This document shows, one piece after another, positions 52,343-61,811 of a stretch of DNA of 64,000 nucleotides (within the stretch, counting starts at the first letter, position 1; every line of letters starts with the position of its first letter). Source of the DNA: Candidatus Krumholzibacteriota bacterium. GTDB lineage: Bacteria > Krumholzibacteriota > Krumholzibacteriia > JAJRXK01. The DNA is taken from the NCBI GenBank assembly GCA_963727455.1, contig CAVSGG010000008.1, positions 128,001-192,000 on the forward strand. The letters are read 5' to 3'. The position numbers were made by a program, and so were the translations under genes. The notes below the pieces were generated by a model. That model was not told where the DNA came from, ran no database searches, and saw only the letters and a program-made list of their open reading frames with translations.

Positions 52343-52627
52343 ATGCGTTTCAGCGAGGAGAGAATCGAGAAGATCGCCAACGACATCGTCGACCGGCTTG
52401 CGGAAGAAGAGTTGGTGGATCTCACCATTGAAGAGGAAGAATTGGCCAACTTGGTCGGCGCGCTCCTCCTCTCGGATCTCGAGATGGAAAGCAAGATCCG
52501 ACGTGAGGCGATCGAATGGCTGGAGCGGAACCGTCCACATCTCGAGCCGGGGACCGACGACTGGTCGATCGAGCTGGAGAAGAAACTGGAAGACCTCGCG
52601 ATCTCCAAGGCCTACGTACTGCCCTAG
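52343..52627 (+). CDS. DUF507 family protein (copy 2)
   Basis: MRFSEERI...ESKIRRE...LEPGTDDWSI; similar size and pattern to the upstream gene. Confidence 0.75.
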   Translation: MRFSEERIEKIANDIVDRLAEEELVDLTIEEEELANLVGALLLSDLEMESKIRREAIEWLERNRPHLEPGTDDWSIELEKKLEDLAISKAYVLP

Positions 52628-52641
52628 GCCTCGAAGGTTCA

Positions 52642-53892
52642 ATGCGTATCCTCTTCGTCTCGCCCTATCTCCCTCACGGCACCATCGGTCACGGAGGCGG
52701 CACGGTCGTCTTCGAACTCATTCGCTGTCTCGCCCGCTCCCACGAAATTTGCCTACTCTGCTTTCAACGTGAAGGTGAGCAGGGGAAGGAGCGCGAACTC
52801 CTCGATGCGGGAGTGAGAGTGGAGCTGATTCCCTACCGCTCCGGTCAGGACAGAGGGCTGAAGCGAGCCCTTACCGTTCTCGATCGATTGCCGCGAATCG
52901 TGGTTTCCGCACTCGGTGGCCAACCCTACCGTTCGGTGCGCTACTCACACTCGAAGATGAAACGGCGCCTTCTTCAGCTCGTGCGCGAATGGAAACCGGA
53001 TGCGGTACAAGTGGAGTTCTTCGCCATGGCGCCCTACGCGCGAAAGATCATGCAGTACAAGCGGGAGACCTCAGGGAAGGTCCCCCTGGTGGTCTTGAGC
53101 ACGCACGAAGTCGAGACCCTGGTGCGGCTCCGTCGCCTGCTGGACGCCAAGAACTGGCTGTCGCGCAGCATGGCCTCGATACGACTGCGGCGCATTCGTC
53201 GTTACGAATCCAAGGCGAGCATGTGGGCGGATCGCGTGCTGTGCGTTTCGGAACAGGACCGTCAGGTGCTAGTGGGTATCACCGGGTCTGACCGACTCTT
53301 CACCCTGCCGCTGGGAGTGCCCCTCTCGCGGCTGCCCGAGGCGGACCCGAGCTTCGAAGCTCCCCCACGGATCCTCTTCGTGGGCAGCTTTTCGCATCCT
53401 CCCAACCGGCAGGCCGCCAGCTTCATCGTCAAGGAGCTGGTTCCGGCCCTTCGCCGGGACCATCCCACCCTGGTCTGCGAAATCGTGGGAAGAAACCCAT
53501 CCGCTGAGCTGAGGTCTGCGGCCGAAGCCACCCGAGGAGCGGTGATGATCCACGGCTTCGTTCCCGAACTCGAACCCATCTTTGCGCGAACCTGGCTCTT
53601 CGTGGCCCCACTCTTTTCCGGCGGAGGGATCAAAATCAAGATTCTCGAAGCCCTGGGCCGTGGAGCACCGGTGCTCACCACTCCCATCGGCCTGGACGGA
53701 ATCGCCGCGCCGGCGGGAGAGACCGTAGGCTGTGCGCGCGACGCTTCGGAGTTCATCCAGCAGTGTTCGCGGCTCCTGTCCCATCCGGAGATTCTCTCCT
53801 CGTGGGGAGGCAAGGGACGCGAGTACATCGCACACAATCATGACTGGCCGCGTCTGGCCGACAGGCTTTGTGAGATTCTGGCTGGAAAATGA
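52642..53892 (+). CDS. GT4 family glycosyltransferase
   Basis: MRILFVSP, FVGSFSHPPN, GGGIKIKILEAL, TTPIG. Confidence 0.92.
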   Translation: MRILFVSPYLPHGTIGHGGGTVVFELIRCLARSHEICLLCFQREGEQGKERELLDAGVRVELIPYRSGQDRGLKRALTVLDRLPRIVVSALGGQPYRSVRYSHSKMKRRLLQLVREWKPDAVQVEFFAMAPYARKIMQYKRETSGKVPLVVLSTHEVETLVRLRRLLDAKNWLSRSMASIRLRRIRRYESKASMWADRVLCVSEQDRQVLVGITGSDRLFTLPLGVPLSRLPEADPSFEAPPRILFVGSFSHPPNRQAASFIVKELVPALRRDHPTLVCEIVGRNPSAELRSAAEATRGAVMIHGFVPELEPIFARTWLFVAPLFSGGGIKIKILEALGRGAPVLTTPIGLDGIAAPAGETVGCARDASEFIQQCSRLLSHPEILSSWGGKGREYIAHNHDWPRLADRLCEILAGK

Positions 53893-53922
53893 AAAGGGGC
53901 CGGCGACTCCGGCGCCGACCCC
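53892..53922 (-). terminator. Intrinsic terminator of the TolB-like gene
   Basis: Minus strand GGGGTCGGCG-ccggagt-CGCCGGCCCC-TTTT. Confidence 0.65.
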
Positions 53923-53954
53923 GCGTTATCGAACGAAACCGAAATAGTCGGCGT

Positions 53955-55187
53955 TTACTGAAAATCGTAGTCGAGCCAGATGTCGTTGCGCTGTCCCTTG
54001 AAGGCTTCGATCGGACTGTTGGCCGAGGCGTAGACCAGCCGGTTGGAGTTGTTGGGATCGAAGGACGGGTTGACTTCGTCCTGACGCGAGAACACGAGTT
54101 CGCTCTGGTTGCTTCCATCGCTGTCCATGATCCACAACGAGCGATCGCGTACTGAGGTGGTCATGTTCCTACGCGTGCTCACGAAGACGATCGACCCACC
54201 ATCGGGAGACCAGGTGGGGTCGAAGTTTTCCTCGGGGAGAAAACTGGGTCCGATCCCGTCGTTGTTGGCGTAGGTGAGCCGGCGCATGTTGAAATCGAGA
54301 ACTGCACCGGGCGAGGCGGGATCGAAGTCGATCACGTAGAGATCGCGCCCATTCGTCCCACCGATCCCGCGATTGGAAGCGAAAACGATGCTCCCCCCGC
54401 TGGGGGACCAGGCGCAGTCACCTTCCTTGGAAGAACCCGAGGTGAGCTGGTAGATTTCCTCCGTACTCACGTTCATGGCGAACAGGGCTTGCGGTTCGTA
54501 GACGTCGGGAATGGGCGGAACCGCAGTTGGACTGCCCGGCTTGAAGAAGTAACGACTGAAGAGAAGCCACTGGCCGTCATGCGACCAGGCGGGATCGTTG
54601 AAGAAGTACTCTTCCCCTTGCGGATCGCCAATGAAGTGCGCGCTCGTCACAGGGACTTCATCGCTCTGCGAGAGATCAACATCGCAAATATAAATCCGGT
54701 CACGGCGATCGAAATTCTGGATGACCACCGCGAACTGCGAACCGTTGGTGGGATTCCAGACCGGCTGGGACTTGCCCCGGATGTTGGGGTCGAACTGAAC
54801 CGTGCCCCCCGAGGAGATGTCCGAGTTCAAGGTTCCGAAGACCACTTTGCGGAAAGCTGCATCGCTCAGCGTATCGGGCATGCTAGTCGTCGGGTACGGC
54901 CTTAGATCGGATGGGATGTTGATGACCGCGATGTCCCGCGCGTTCTTGTCATCATCGATCTCGGGTACGAACGGCCAATCGGTGGAGAAGATGACGGTGA
55001 ACCCATCTGGATTGAGCGAGGGCTCGCGGTGAAAGATCGTTGAAGTGTCGGGAGTGACGATCAGCTGGGTCCCGCGTTGAGTGTAGGTTTCCTCCGTGGT
55101 ATCTGCGCAGCCGCTCGCGATCCAGGCCACTGCCGCCCCCAAGACAAGACACACGCCGAGGCGCCCCAAGCGCTCCGCTCTCCACAT
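53955..55187 (-). CDS. TolB-like (PD40 beta-propeller) lipoprotein
   Basis: Lipobox IASGC; repeats PAWSHDG, AWSPSG..IVFASNR, PTWSPDG..IVFVSTR; start uncertain (55187 or 55226). Confidence 0.85.
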   Translation of the reverse strand: MWRAERLGRLGVCLVLGAAVAWIASGCADTTEETYTQRGTQLIVTPDTSTIFHREPSLNPDGFTVIFSTDWPFVPEIDDDKNARDIAVINIPSDLRPYPTTSMPDTLSDAAFRKVVFGTLNSDISSGGTVQFDPNIRGKSQPVWNPTNGSQFAVVIQNFDRRDRIYICDVDLSQSDEVPVTSAHFIGDPQGEEYFFNDPAWSHDGQWLLFSRYFFKPGSPTAVPPIPDVYEPQALFAMNVSTEEIYQLTSGSSKEGDCAWSPSGGSIVFASNRGIGGTNGRDLYVIDFDPASPGAVLDFNMRRLTYANNDGIGPSFLPEENFDPTWSPDGGSIVFVSTRRNMTTSVRDRSLWIMDSDGSNQSELVFSRQDEVNPSFDPNNSNRLVYASANSPIEAFKGQRNDIWLDYDFQ

Positions 55188-55302
55188 GGTGGCTCTCCAT
55201 CTTCGCTGAAGTGGTGCGGGACGCACCTCCGCGTCCCAATCCGCCCAAAGGCACTACAAATTAAGGGATCGCGACCTAGCTTGTAAACCCGTAGCTAGAA
55301 CT

Positions 55303-56493
55303 CTATCGCGCTTGCTCGAGATTGGACTTGGCCAGCGCGTTTCCCGGGTCCTTTTCCAGGATTCGACGCCAAATCCGCTTGGCTTCCTCTTTTTTCCCCA
55401 GCTCGAGCAGAATCACCGCCTCCAAGTTGGCCAGCTTCAGGTCCTCCGGATCCAATTCCACTCCTTTTTGCGCCGCGCTCAGGGCCAGAGCCAGATCTCC
55501 GCCCTCCCTCCGCACCAGAGCGAGGACCCCCCAGCTCTGGGCGAGCTGCGGTGGATGGCGCTTGGCGAGGGCCTCGATGGAGTCGGGCTGTCCCAGGCTC
55601 TGCCAGGCTAGAAGAAGGTTGTAGAGCGACTTCTGAGAGGGCGGTTTGCCGGCCACAGACTTCTGAAGCCAGGGTAGGGCCTGCTTCGCCTTCCCCTGTC
55701 TCAAAAGCAGGCTCCCCGCCGCGGCGGCGCAGTCCAGGGCGGAGCTGTCGCGCTGCGCGCAGCTCTCATACCAAGAGATGGCGGCATCCACGGACTTGGT
55801 GCGAGAGAGCTCGGCCAGCCGTCGGGCTGAATCAGCGTCGGGATGCGCCTCCTCGAGCTGCGTCCATAGCTTCCATGCTTCCGTGGTGTCCTGGCGCGCG
55901 TCGGCCAGGCGGGCCCGCTGGCGCAGCACGCGCAAGTCGCCCTTGGCTATGCGCCACGCTTCCTCCAACTCTTCCTTCGCCTCGTCAAGGCGATGGTAGT
56001 CCAGGTAGCCGGTGCCCAGGGCGAGCCTGGGTTCCAGCTCGTCCGGTGCCAGCTGTACCGCACGTTGGTACTCCGCCATGGCGCGACCGGTGCGGTCCAA
56101 GGCCTGCAGAGACTTCGCCAGGTTCATGTGCAGTTCGTAGAGGGAATCCTCCGCGCGGAGCCCCTCCTCGTAGGCTCCGACCGCATCGCGGTAGCGCGAG
56201 AGCTGCGCGAGCACCAGACCTTTCAAATTCCATAGCCGGGGCGTGGTGTCTTCGCTCCGCAGGGAATCCTGAAAGACTGTGAGGACCTGAGCGTAGTGAC
56301 CCGCCTCGAACTCCCCGGTGAGACGGGCCAGCAGCGCTTCGCGAGCACGCGCCGCATCGTAGCGATCCCCTGCCGAGGCCGGCCCCGATGCAAAGAAAAT
56401 GAGAAAATAGAGCCCAAGGAGCCCAAGAACCGCGCGTCGGCCGCTAGGCCTGGGACGGCCCGGTTTGACCCTCGAGGAGCGGCTCGTGTGCAC
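55303..56493 (-). CDS. Secreted tetratricopeptide repeat protein
   Basis: Signal-like LLGLYFLIFFASGPASA, many TPRs; start uncertain (GTG 56493 chosen). Confidence 0.8.
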   Translation of the reverse strand: MHTSRSSRVKPGRPRPSGRRAVLGLLGLYFLIFFASGPASAGDRYDAARAREALLARLTGEFEAGHYAQVLTVFQDSLRSEDTTPRLWNLKGLVLAQLSRYRDAVGAYEEGLRAEDSLYELHMNLAKSLQALDRTGRAMAEYQRAVQLAPDELEPRLALGTGYLDYHRLDEAKEELEEAWRIAKGDLRVLRQRARLADARQDTTEAWKLWTQLEEAHPDADSARRLAELSRTKSVDAAISWYESCAQRDSSALDCAAAAGSLLLRQGKAKQALPWLQKSVAGKPPSQKSLYNLLLAWQSLGQPDSIEALAKRHPPQLAQSWGVLALVRREGGDLALALSAAQKGVELDPEDLKLANLEAVILLELGKKEEAKRIWRRILEKDPGNALAKSNLEQAR

Positions 56494-56546
56494 TTGGTTC
56501 GTCTTCTCTCTGGGGGCCCGGGGAGAACTGGAATCGCGATCCTTCC

Positions 56547-56705
56547 ATGACTGAAACCCAGGACATAGGGCGTGGGCGGTGCCGGTGGGTTCCGTCGTGC
56601 GCAATTTACGCCTTGCTGCTGCTTCTGGCGAGCGGCGCTCAGCGGGTGGTTCTGCGTTTGGACGGAAAGCTCGTCGACAGTCGCGCCATCACTCTGCTTC
56701 GCTGA
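56547..56705 (+). pseudogene. 52-aa ORF: signal peptide joined directly to a FlgD/T9SS-like C-terminal tail (deletion remnant or micro-protein)
   Basis: Manual translation MTETQDIGRGRCRWVPSCAIYALLLLLASGAQRVVLRLDGKLVDSRAITLLR; fills the TPR-HNH gap. Confidence 0.5.
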
Positions 56706-56735
56706 GCAACCCTCCCCAGGGCAAAGCACGCTCCC

Positions 56736-57287
56736 TCAGGCGCTCTGAGGAAAGAGATATTGGTTCCAGCTCTCGGAGGTCCGCCCCTTGCCCCAGGGGA
56801 GTGCCAGGACCCAACGCGGGCGTTGGGGCGCCCTCATCAGCTTCATTCCCGCTTCCTCGGGAAGTCGATTTCCTTTGCGATTGTTGCACGGCAGGCAGGC
56901 GGCGACGCAGTTCTCCCAACTGTGTGCTCCGCCGTGAGGATAACGTTTGGTCTTTCGACTTCGAGGCACGACGTGATCCACCGTGAGCGCCATGTCGGTG
57001 GCGCCGCAGTACTGACAGGTCCACGAGTCGCGCGCCAGGATGTTGCGCTTGTTGAAACGCACACGCAGGGTTCGATAGACGCGATGAGCGATGGCGATGA
57101 GCAGCCGGATGATCACCGGACAATTCAACTCGAGATGCTCGCTGTGCAGAATCCTCCCCGATTCCGATTCCACCACGACCGCCTTCCCCAGAGCGAGCAA
57201 ACTCAGGGCACGACGAACCGGCACCACGTTCACCGCCTGGTAACCCGCGTCGAGAACGAGAACTGGAGTGCTCAGGTCGCCGATCAT
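56736..57287 (-). CDS. HNH endonuclease (McrA-like)
   Basis: VLVLDAGY, NILARD..CQYCG, TVDHVVPRS, WENCVAACLPCNNRKG. Confidence 0.93.
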   Translation of the reverse strand: MIGDLSTPVLVLDAGYQAVNVVPVRRALSLLALGKAVVVESESGRILHSEHLELNCPVIIRLLIAIAHRVYRTLRVRFNKRNILARDSWTCQYCGATDMALTVDHVVPRSRKTKRYPHGGAHSWENCVAACLPCNNRKGNRLPEEAGMKLMRAPQRPRWVLALPWGKGRTSESWNQYLFPQSA

Positions 57288-57353
57288 GAGGAGTATCCTA
57301 GCTCGATTTTCAACGAGTCCGCAAGAGTGAGACTTGCTCCAAACGGGCCTCCC

Positions 57354-58907
57354 TTAGCGCTCGTGGGGCATTCGCTCCTCTGGGGCAATGAAGTAGGTGT
57401 TCCCGGAGTAGGCCAGAAAGTTGGACACCCGACTGGTGTAAATACAAGCGAACTCCCTGACCTGCCGGCCAAAACGGCTGTTCTCGTTTCCCTCGCGAAA
57501 GAGCGAACCCCAATGCGGATTGTGTCCTTCCGTGATGACCCTCGAGAGTTCAGCCATGCGCCCGCGGTACTGTGCGCTCATGTAGTCGAGCCCCTCGAGC
57601 ACGCGTTTCATCCCCTCGCGGTGACGTTTTCGTTCCTTGGGGTCCAGCCCGATCCAGGTGTCCATCTCGGGCAAGCGATAGGCCAGGTGCCGGCCGGAAT
57701 CCTCGCCTGTTCCGTTCTCCTGATCGCCATCTAGGGTTTCCAAGAGGAAGCGCAGGTGATCGCGGTCGAGGGCCAGGTCCTGTTGCCGGGCCATGAGTCC
57801 GTTGAGTTCGCGTCGTTGATAGAGGAGTCGGCGATTGGCCGCGATTTCTTGCTCGAGTTCCTGCACGATCATCGCGGTGCGCCAGCCCACCGTCTTCTTG
57901 CTCTTGAGGATGTCCCCGTAGGTATGGTCACCGAAGTACAGAACTTGGTCGCCATTGGCATCGAGGAAACGTTCGACCCAGTTTGCGTTTCCCCCGCTGA
58001 AGTAGAACTCCCCTCTACCCGGACACTCGGGAGCGGGAATGACCTCCGGCTGGCGCTTTTCCAGAAAGAAGCCGGGTTTCTTGGCGCTGACTACGACCAA
58101 ATCGAAGAGCTGCTTCCAATTGCCCTCGGCTAGGCCGAGCAGATAATCCATGACCGCTTCGGTGTAGGAATGCTCGCTGTTGGTGAGCAGGAAGACCTTT
58201 TTCCCCAAGGCTCGAAAGCGCAGCAGCGTGGCGGCGAGGTCGGGGTCCCACACGAAATAGCGCGAGAGGTCTTTGACGATGATGGACTTGAGGGAACCGT
58301 CCCGGTGCGTCTTGTCCACGCAGGCCCGAACGTCATCGAAAATCTGGTTCGGTTTGAGGTGAGACAATTGGCTGTTGGGATCGGAGCGCCTGAGATCCAT
58401 GAGCGCCGAATACAGCGATCCCTCGGGCATGCTGAATAGAGTATCGAAGCTCTGGTAGCGGTCGCTCCTGAGATTCACCCGTGAACGTCGGTAGAGCTTC
58501 TTGCGCTCGTCTCGGTCCAGCGTGTGCCCGCCGTGCATCGCCTTGGCGATGTAACCATGGAAGTCCATTTTCAGGATGTTGCCGTGCCGCTTGTCCACGA
58601 TGAGTCCACGGATGATGCAGTCGGGATCGTACTTGATGCCGCGAATTCCGTCCGGGTAGCCGCGCCATTCGACCAGATTTTGTACGGCCAGGTCGTGGGT
58701 CAGCTGCTCGAACGACGCGCGATTGTACAGGGCCAGGGTGTGGTCCATGTCGAAGCCGAGTGCCCGAACTCCTTCCATACGCAGGTTGCGGTTCACGAAC
58801 ACGCGTCGCTCTCGGGGAATGTGCTTTTCCCCGGGGAGCAGGTGCTGGATGGCGGTGGAGAAGAGGGTCTTCTCGCGGGCGAGCGATTCGCTCTCGTGAT
58901 TCGACAT
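57354..58907 (-). CDS. HAD-IG 5'-nucleotidase (cN-II family)
   Basis: VFVNR, GFDMDHTL, LLTNS, KKPGFF, YFGDHTYGDI, GWRT, ACIYTS. Confidence 0.93.
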   Translation of the reverse strand: MSNHESESLAREKTLFSTAIQHLLPGEKHIPRERRVFVNRNLRMEGVRALGFDMDHTLALYNRASFEQLTHDLAVQNLVEWRGYPDGIRGIKYDPDCIIRGLIVDKRHGNILKMDFHGYIAKAMHGGHTLDRDERKKLYRRSRVNLRSDRYQSFDTLFSMPEGSLYSALMDLRRSDPNSQLSHLKPNQIFDDVRACVDKTHRDGSLKSIIVKDLSRYFVWDPDLAATLLRFRALGKKVFLLTNSEHSYTEAVMDYLLGLAEGNWKQLFDLVVVSAKKPGFFLEKRQPEVIPAPECPGRGEFYFSGGNANWVERFLDANGDQVLYFGDHTYGDILKSKKTVGWRTAMIVQELEQEIAANRRLLYQRRELNGLMARQQDLALDRDHLRFLLETLDGDQENGTGEDSGRHLAYRLPEMDTWIGLDPKERKRHREGMKRVLEGLDYMSAQYRGRMAELSRVITEGHNPHWGSLFREGNENSRFGRQVREFACIYTSRVSNFLAYSGNTYFIAPEERMPHER

Positions 58908-58994
58908 GAAATACCGTCCTGGGCGGCTTGAAATCCGTGTGAGCCATGATCGGCCACGAATGCGCCGCTCGCAATGGCGGAACTCTATTCTCGA

Positions 58995-60365
58995 TCAGAC
59001 TTCGGCCGCGACCTCACCACTGAGCTTGGCGCTGAGCCGCGAGAGGTGCGGGTTTTCCGGCAGGAGCACCGTAAGCCTTCGCAGCCAACTCAGGGCATTG
59101 TCCACGAATCCCAGTCGGGCGAGAACTTCAATACCACCCTCCCAGGAGCCGCCGTGCGCCGGTTCCTGTTCCATGGCTTTCAGATAGAGTTGCAGGGCAT
59201 CGTAGTCGCGGCCCTCGAGTTCCGCCGCGCGAGCAAGACCGTGCCACGCGGCGGCCTCTTTGGGGTTCTCCTCCAGAGCCTGCCGGAAGAAGCTCCGCGC
59301 TTCCTCCAGCTTCCTCTCGGCCAGCGCGCAATTACCCAGCCAGATCCGTGGGAGGCGGTGGAAGTAACTCTCGTGGATCTCGTTGACTTCGATTCTCTCG
59401 GGACCGTCGAGCAAAGACTCGAACTGTCGGCGGGACAAGTCACGGAACCGGCTCCCCTTCTGGCCCTCCCCCGCGCAGAGCAGCAGCGTGGCGCCGTGCT
59501 CGAAGCGAAGGGGCGAGCTCTCACCATGGCGTTCGAGGCCCTGCTCGACCAATTCGAGGGCCTCCTCGGGGCGGTCGACGGTACGAAGCGCCTTGGAGTA
59601 GAGCGCATAGAGCCCACCTGCCCAGCCGACACCGTCCAGGGCTTCCTCATCGAGTTGTTCCAGAAGACCTACGGATTCCTGGGCCTGCCGCATCACCTGC
59701 GAGAATCCACGCACGGCGGAAATCTCCCCGCCGTCTTCCCGCGCCAGATGACGCGCGAGTTGGTAGCGCAACCACGCCTCACCCGGCTGCTCGCGCACCG
59801 CCTGTCGCAAGAGCCGAAGACCTTCGGTCGCAGGCTCATCGCCCCCGAAGGCACTGCGAACCCTGAGAGAACTCGGCAAGCACTCCCCTCCGCTCTCACG
59901 CGAAATTTCGTCCAGGGAGGGTTCGATCTGCTCGCAGACACGCTGGCGATACTTCACTCGCGGGAGATTTCGAAAGAGTCGCAACTCGTCGCGCACCAGG
60001 TTTGCCCCACCCCGGTCTTCGCGGCGGACGCGGCAGTAGTACGCCAGGGCATCGGGGTCGGCCAAGAGCCGACCCAAATCGACCGGCCTCACCTGCTCGA
60101 GTACTTCGCCGGGGTTCAGGACCAGTATCCAGTCGCCGTAGGCCGCCGCCAAACCGGCATTTCGCGCACGCGCGTGGTCGTCGCCGAAGGAGCCGTCTAT
60201 CACCCGCGCTCCGTAGCCTTCGACGATGAGTCGTGTGTTGTCGTGGGATTCGAAGTCGACTGCCACCACCTCGTCCACGTGGGACAGCACTGACTTCAAG
60301 GTGCGGCCGATGGTCTCCTCTTCATCCCGCATGATGAGACAGAGACTCAGGGAGTGCTTCTGCAT
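58995..60365 (-). CDS. GT2 glycosyltransferase-like + TPR protein with degenerate active-site motifs
   Basis: LSLCLIMRDEE, ARARNAGL, GDWILVLNPGE (DADE expected), C-terminal TPRs. Confidence 0.8.
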   Translation of the reverse strand: MQKHSLSLCLIMRDEEETIGRTLKSVLSHVDEVVAVDFESHDNTRLIVEGYGARVIDGSFGDDHARARNAGLAAAYGDWILVLNPGEVLEQVRPVDLGRLLADPDALAYYCRVRREDRGGANLVRDELRLFRNLPRVKYRQRVCEQIEPSLDEISRESGGECLPSSLRVRSAFGGDEPATEGLRLLRQAVREQPGEAWLRYQLARHLAREDGGEISAVRGFSQVMRQAQESVGLLEQLDEEALDGVGWAGGLYALYSKALRTVDRPEEALELVEQGLERHGESSPLRFEHGATLLLCAGEGQKGSRFRDLSRRQFESLLDGPERIEVNEIHESYFHRLPRIWLGNCALAERKLEEARSFFRQALEENPKEAAAWHGLARAAELEGRDYDALQLYLKAMEQEPAHGGSWEGGIEVLARLGFVDNALSWLRRLTVLLPENPHLSRLSAKLSGEVAAEV

Positions 60366-60486
60366 GGCTCGGATCGATCCTCCCGGAACATGAGCCCGCG
60401 TTTGCTCCAACCGGGAGCGTGGTCGAGCCCGGGAGGATGCAGGGAACGATGGGAAAAGGCCGAGAGCGAGAGGGTACCTTGCAGAT

Positions 60487-60735
60487 CTAGAGGGCACGAT
60501 CGTGCATCTTGCGAACACGACCGAGATGCTCGTTTCCCTGCTGCTTCAATTTGAGCAGCCGGTGGCCCGTACTCTGACACCAAGCGGGAAGGTCGAAGGC
60601 GATGGCCGCATCGTCACTGTGGACGACGATCACCGTCCCCACCTCCTGCAGGGCAATCAACTGCGCAAGCTCCAGGATCGGGGCAGGACACAGCTTCCCC
60701 CTGACATCCAGCACGATTTCCCGAGCCTGAGTCAT
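60487..60735 (-). CDS. tusA: TusA/SirA-family sulfur carrier
   Basis: LDVRGKLCPAP, SDD...DLPAWC..TGH; ATGA overlap with the upstream gene. Confidence 0.9.
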   Translation of the reverse strand: MTQAREIVLDVRGKLCPAPILELAQLIALQEVGTVIVVHSDDAAIAFDLPAWCQSTGHRLLKLKQQGNEHLGRVRKMHDRAL

Positions 60736-61811
60736 CGCAACAACCATGCCTCGGCTTCTTCGGGCCTCAGAGGCGCCACCTCGAGTGTACGCACGTTTTG
60801 TCCCTCGGTCAGCCGGATGCGGACCCGTGGCTCCGCGTGACCATCGCAGTAGCGGGCGGTGATTCGGGCGGCGCGCGTGAGCACTTCCTCGTCGATCTCG
60901 CCGTCCACCAGAGTCAGAGGGCCCACGTGGTCCACCGCCTCCAGGGAGGGGCGAGTGAGACCGAAATTGCGCAGGAAGGCGTTCTCCTCCTCGAAGCGGC
61001 CCACGATGACCTTGGCGTTCTCGCTGATCCGAAAATGTCGTCCCAGCTTGCACAGAAGCAGGTCTTCGTGCGAGGCCTGCGCCTTCATTCCGTGATCGAA
61101 GAGGTCGAATACCCTGCGGGCGTAGTTGGGATCGGTGAGATAACAGCAACCCCCGGCCGGTTGCGGATACTCCGTCAGCTCGAACTCTTTCGCCAGGCGT
61201 TCCTGGGGCCTGCGGCTGCGACCGTGGAAGGCCAGGAGCCGCTCGCGATCCACGAGTCCTTCCCGTTCCACGACGGTGGGAGGAAGAAGCTTCGCGGAGA
61301 GCGGTCGCAACAAGCGCCCTTCCAAACCGCTCTCGCGTTCGATCAGAGCGAGCGTGCGTCGATGTTGGCTCTTGGGCCGTTGCCCGAGGACTTCCCCCGT
61401 GAACACGAAGGACGCGCCGATCTCTTGCATGAACTCACGCGCCTTGCTCATCATCATGATCCTACAATCGACACAGGGGTTGACGTTTTTCCCATAGCCG
61501 TAGCGCGGGTACTTCAGGACATCCAGATACTCTTGGGAGATGTCGATGATCTTGACCGGGATATCGGTTTCCGCGCCCAGACGGAGCGCCTGGTTCCGCA
61601 GTTTTTTGGGATCTTGCCCCTTACGGGCAACCCGGCGTTGATAGTCGGTTAGACAGAATCCCGTGGAGAAATTCACCGCCACAACCTCTATCCCCTGCTG
61701 CAGAATCAGGCGGACTGCCAGGCTGCTGTCGAGACCACCGGAGATCATCGCGACGGCTTTGGCTGAAGTCCGATCCTGGGGCCCGGCAAGCGGTTCGGCT
61801 GGCTGAATCAA
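60732..61811 (-). CDS. PP-loop tRNA sulfurtransferase-like protein (ThiI/MnmA-like, DUF814-type C-terminus)
   Basis: ISGGLDS, NPCVDC, TGEVLGQRP.SQ, LRPLSA, PAGGCC, GRHFR; TTG start after GAGGAG. Confidence 0.85.
   Translation of the reverse strand: MIQPAEPLAGPQDRTSAKAVAMISGGLDSSLAVRLILQQGIEVVAVNFSTGFCLTDYQRRVARKGQDPKKLRNQALRLGAETDIPVKIIDISQEYLDVLKYPRYGYGKNVNPCVDCRIMMMSKAREFMQEIGASFVFTGEVLGQRPKSQHRRTLALIERESGLEGRLLRPLSAKLLPPTVVEREGLVDRERLLAFHGRSRRPQERLAKEFELTEYPQPAGGCCYLTDPNYARRVFDLFDHGMKAQASHEDLLLCKLGRHFRISENAKVIVGRFEEENAFLRNFGLTRPSLEAVDHVGPLTLVDGEIDEEVLTRAARITARYCDGHAEPRVRIRLTEGQNVRTLEVAPLRPEEAEAWLLR

Noticed and set aside
56614-56728. Irregular long hairpin between the TPR and HNH genes as an ncRNA
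   Set aside because: Only an 8-bp core (GCTCAGCG/CGCTGAGC) in GC-rich DNA; better explained by the 52-aa ORF.
56736-57287. HNH gene as a homing endonuclease or mobile element
   Set aside because: No intron/intein context, terminal repeats or methyltransferase partner; fits the common stand-alone family.
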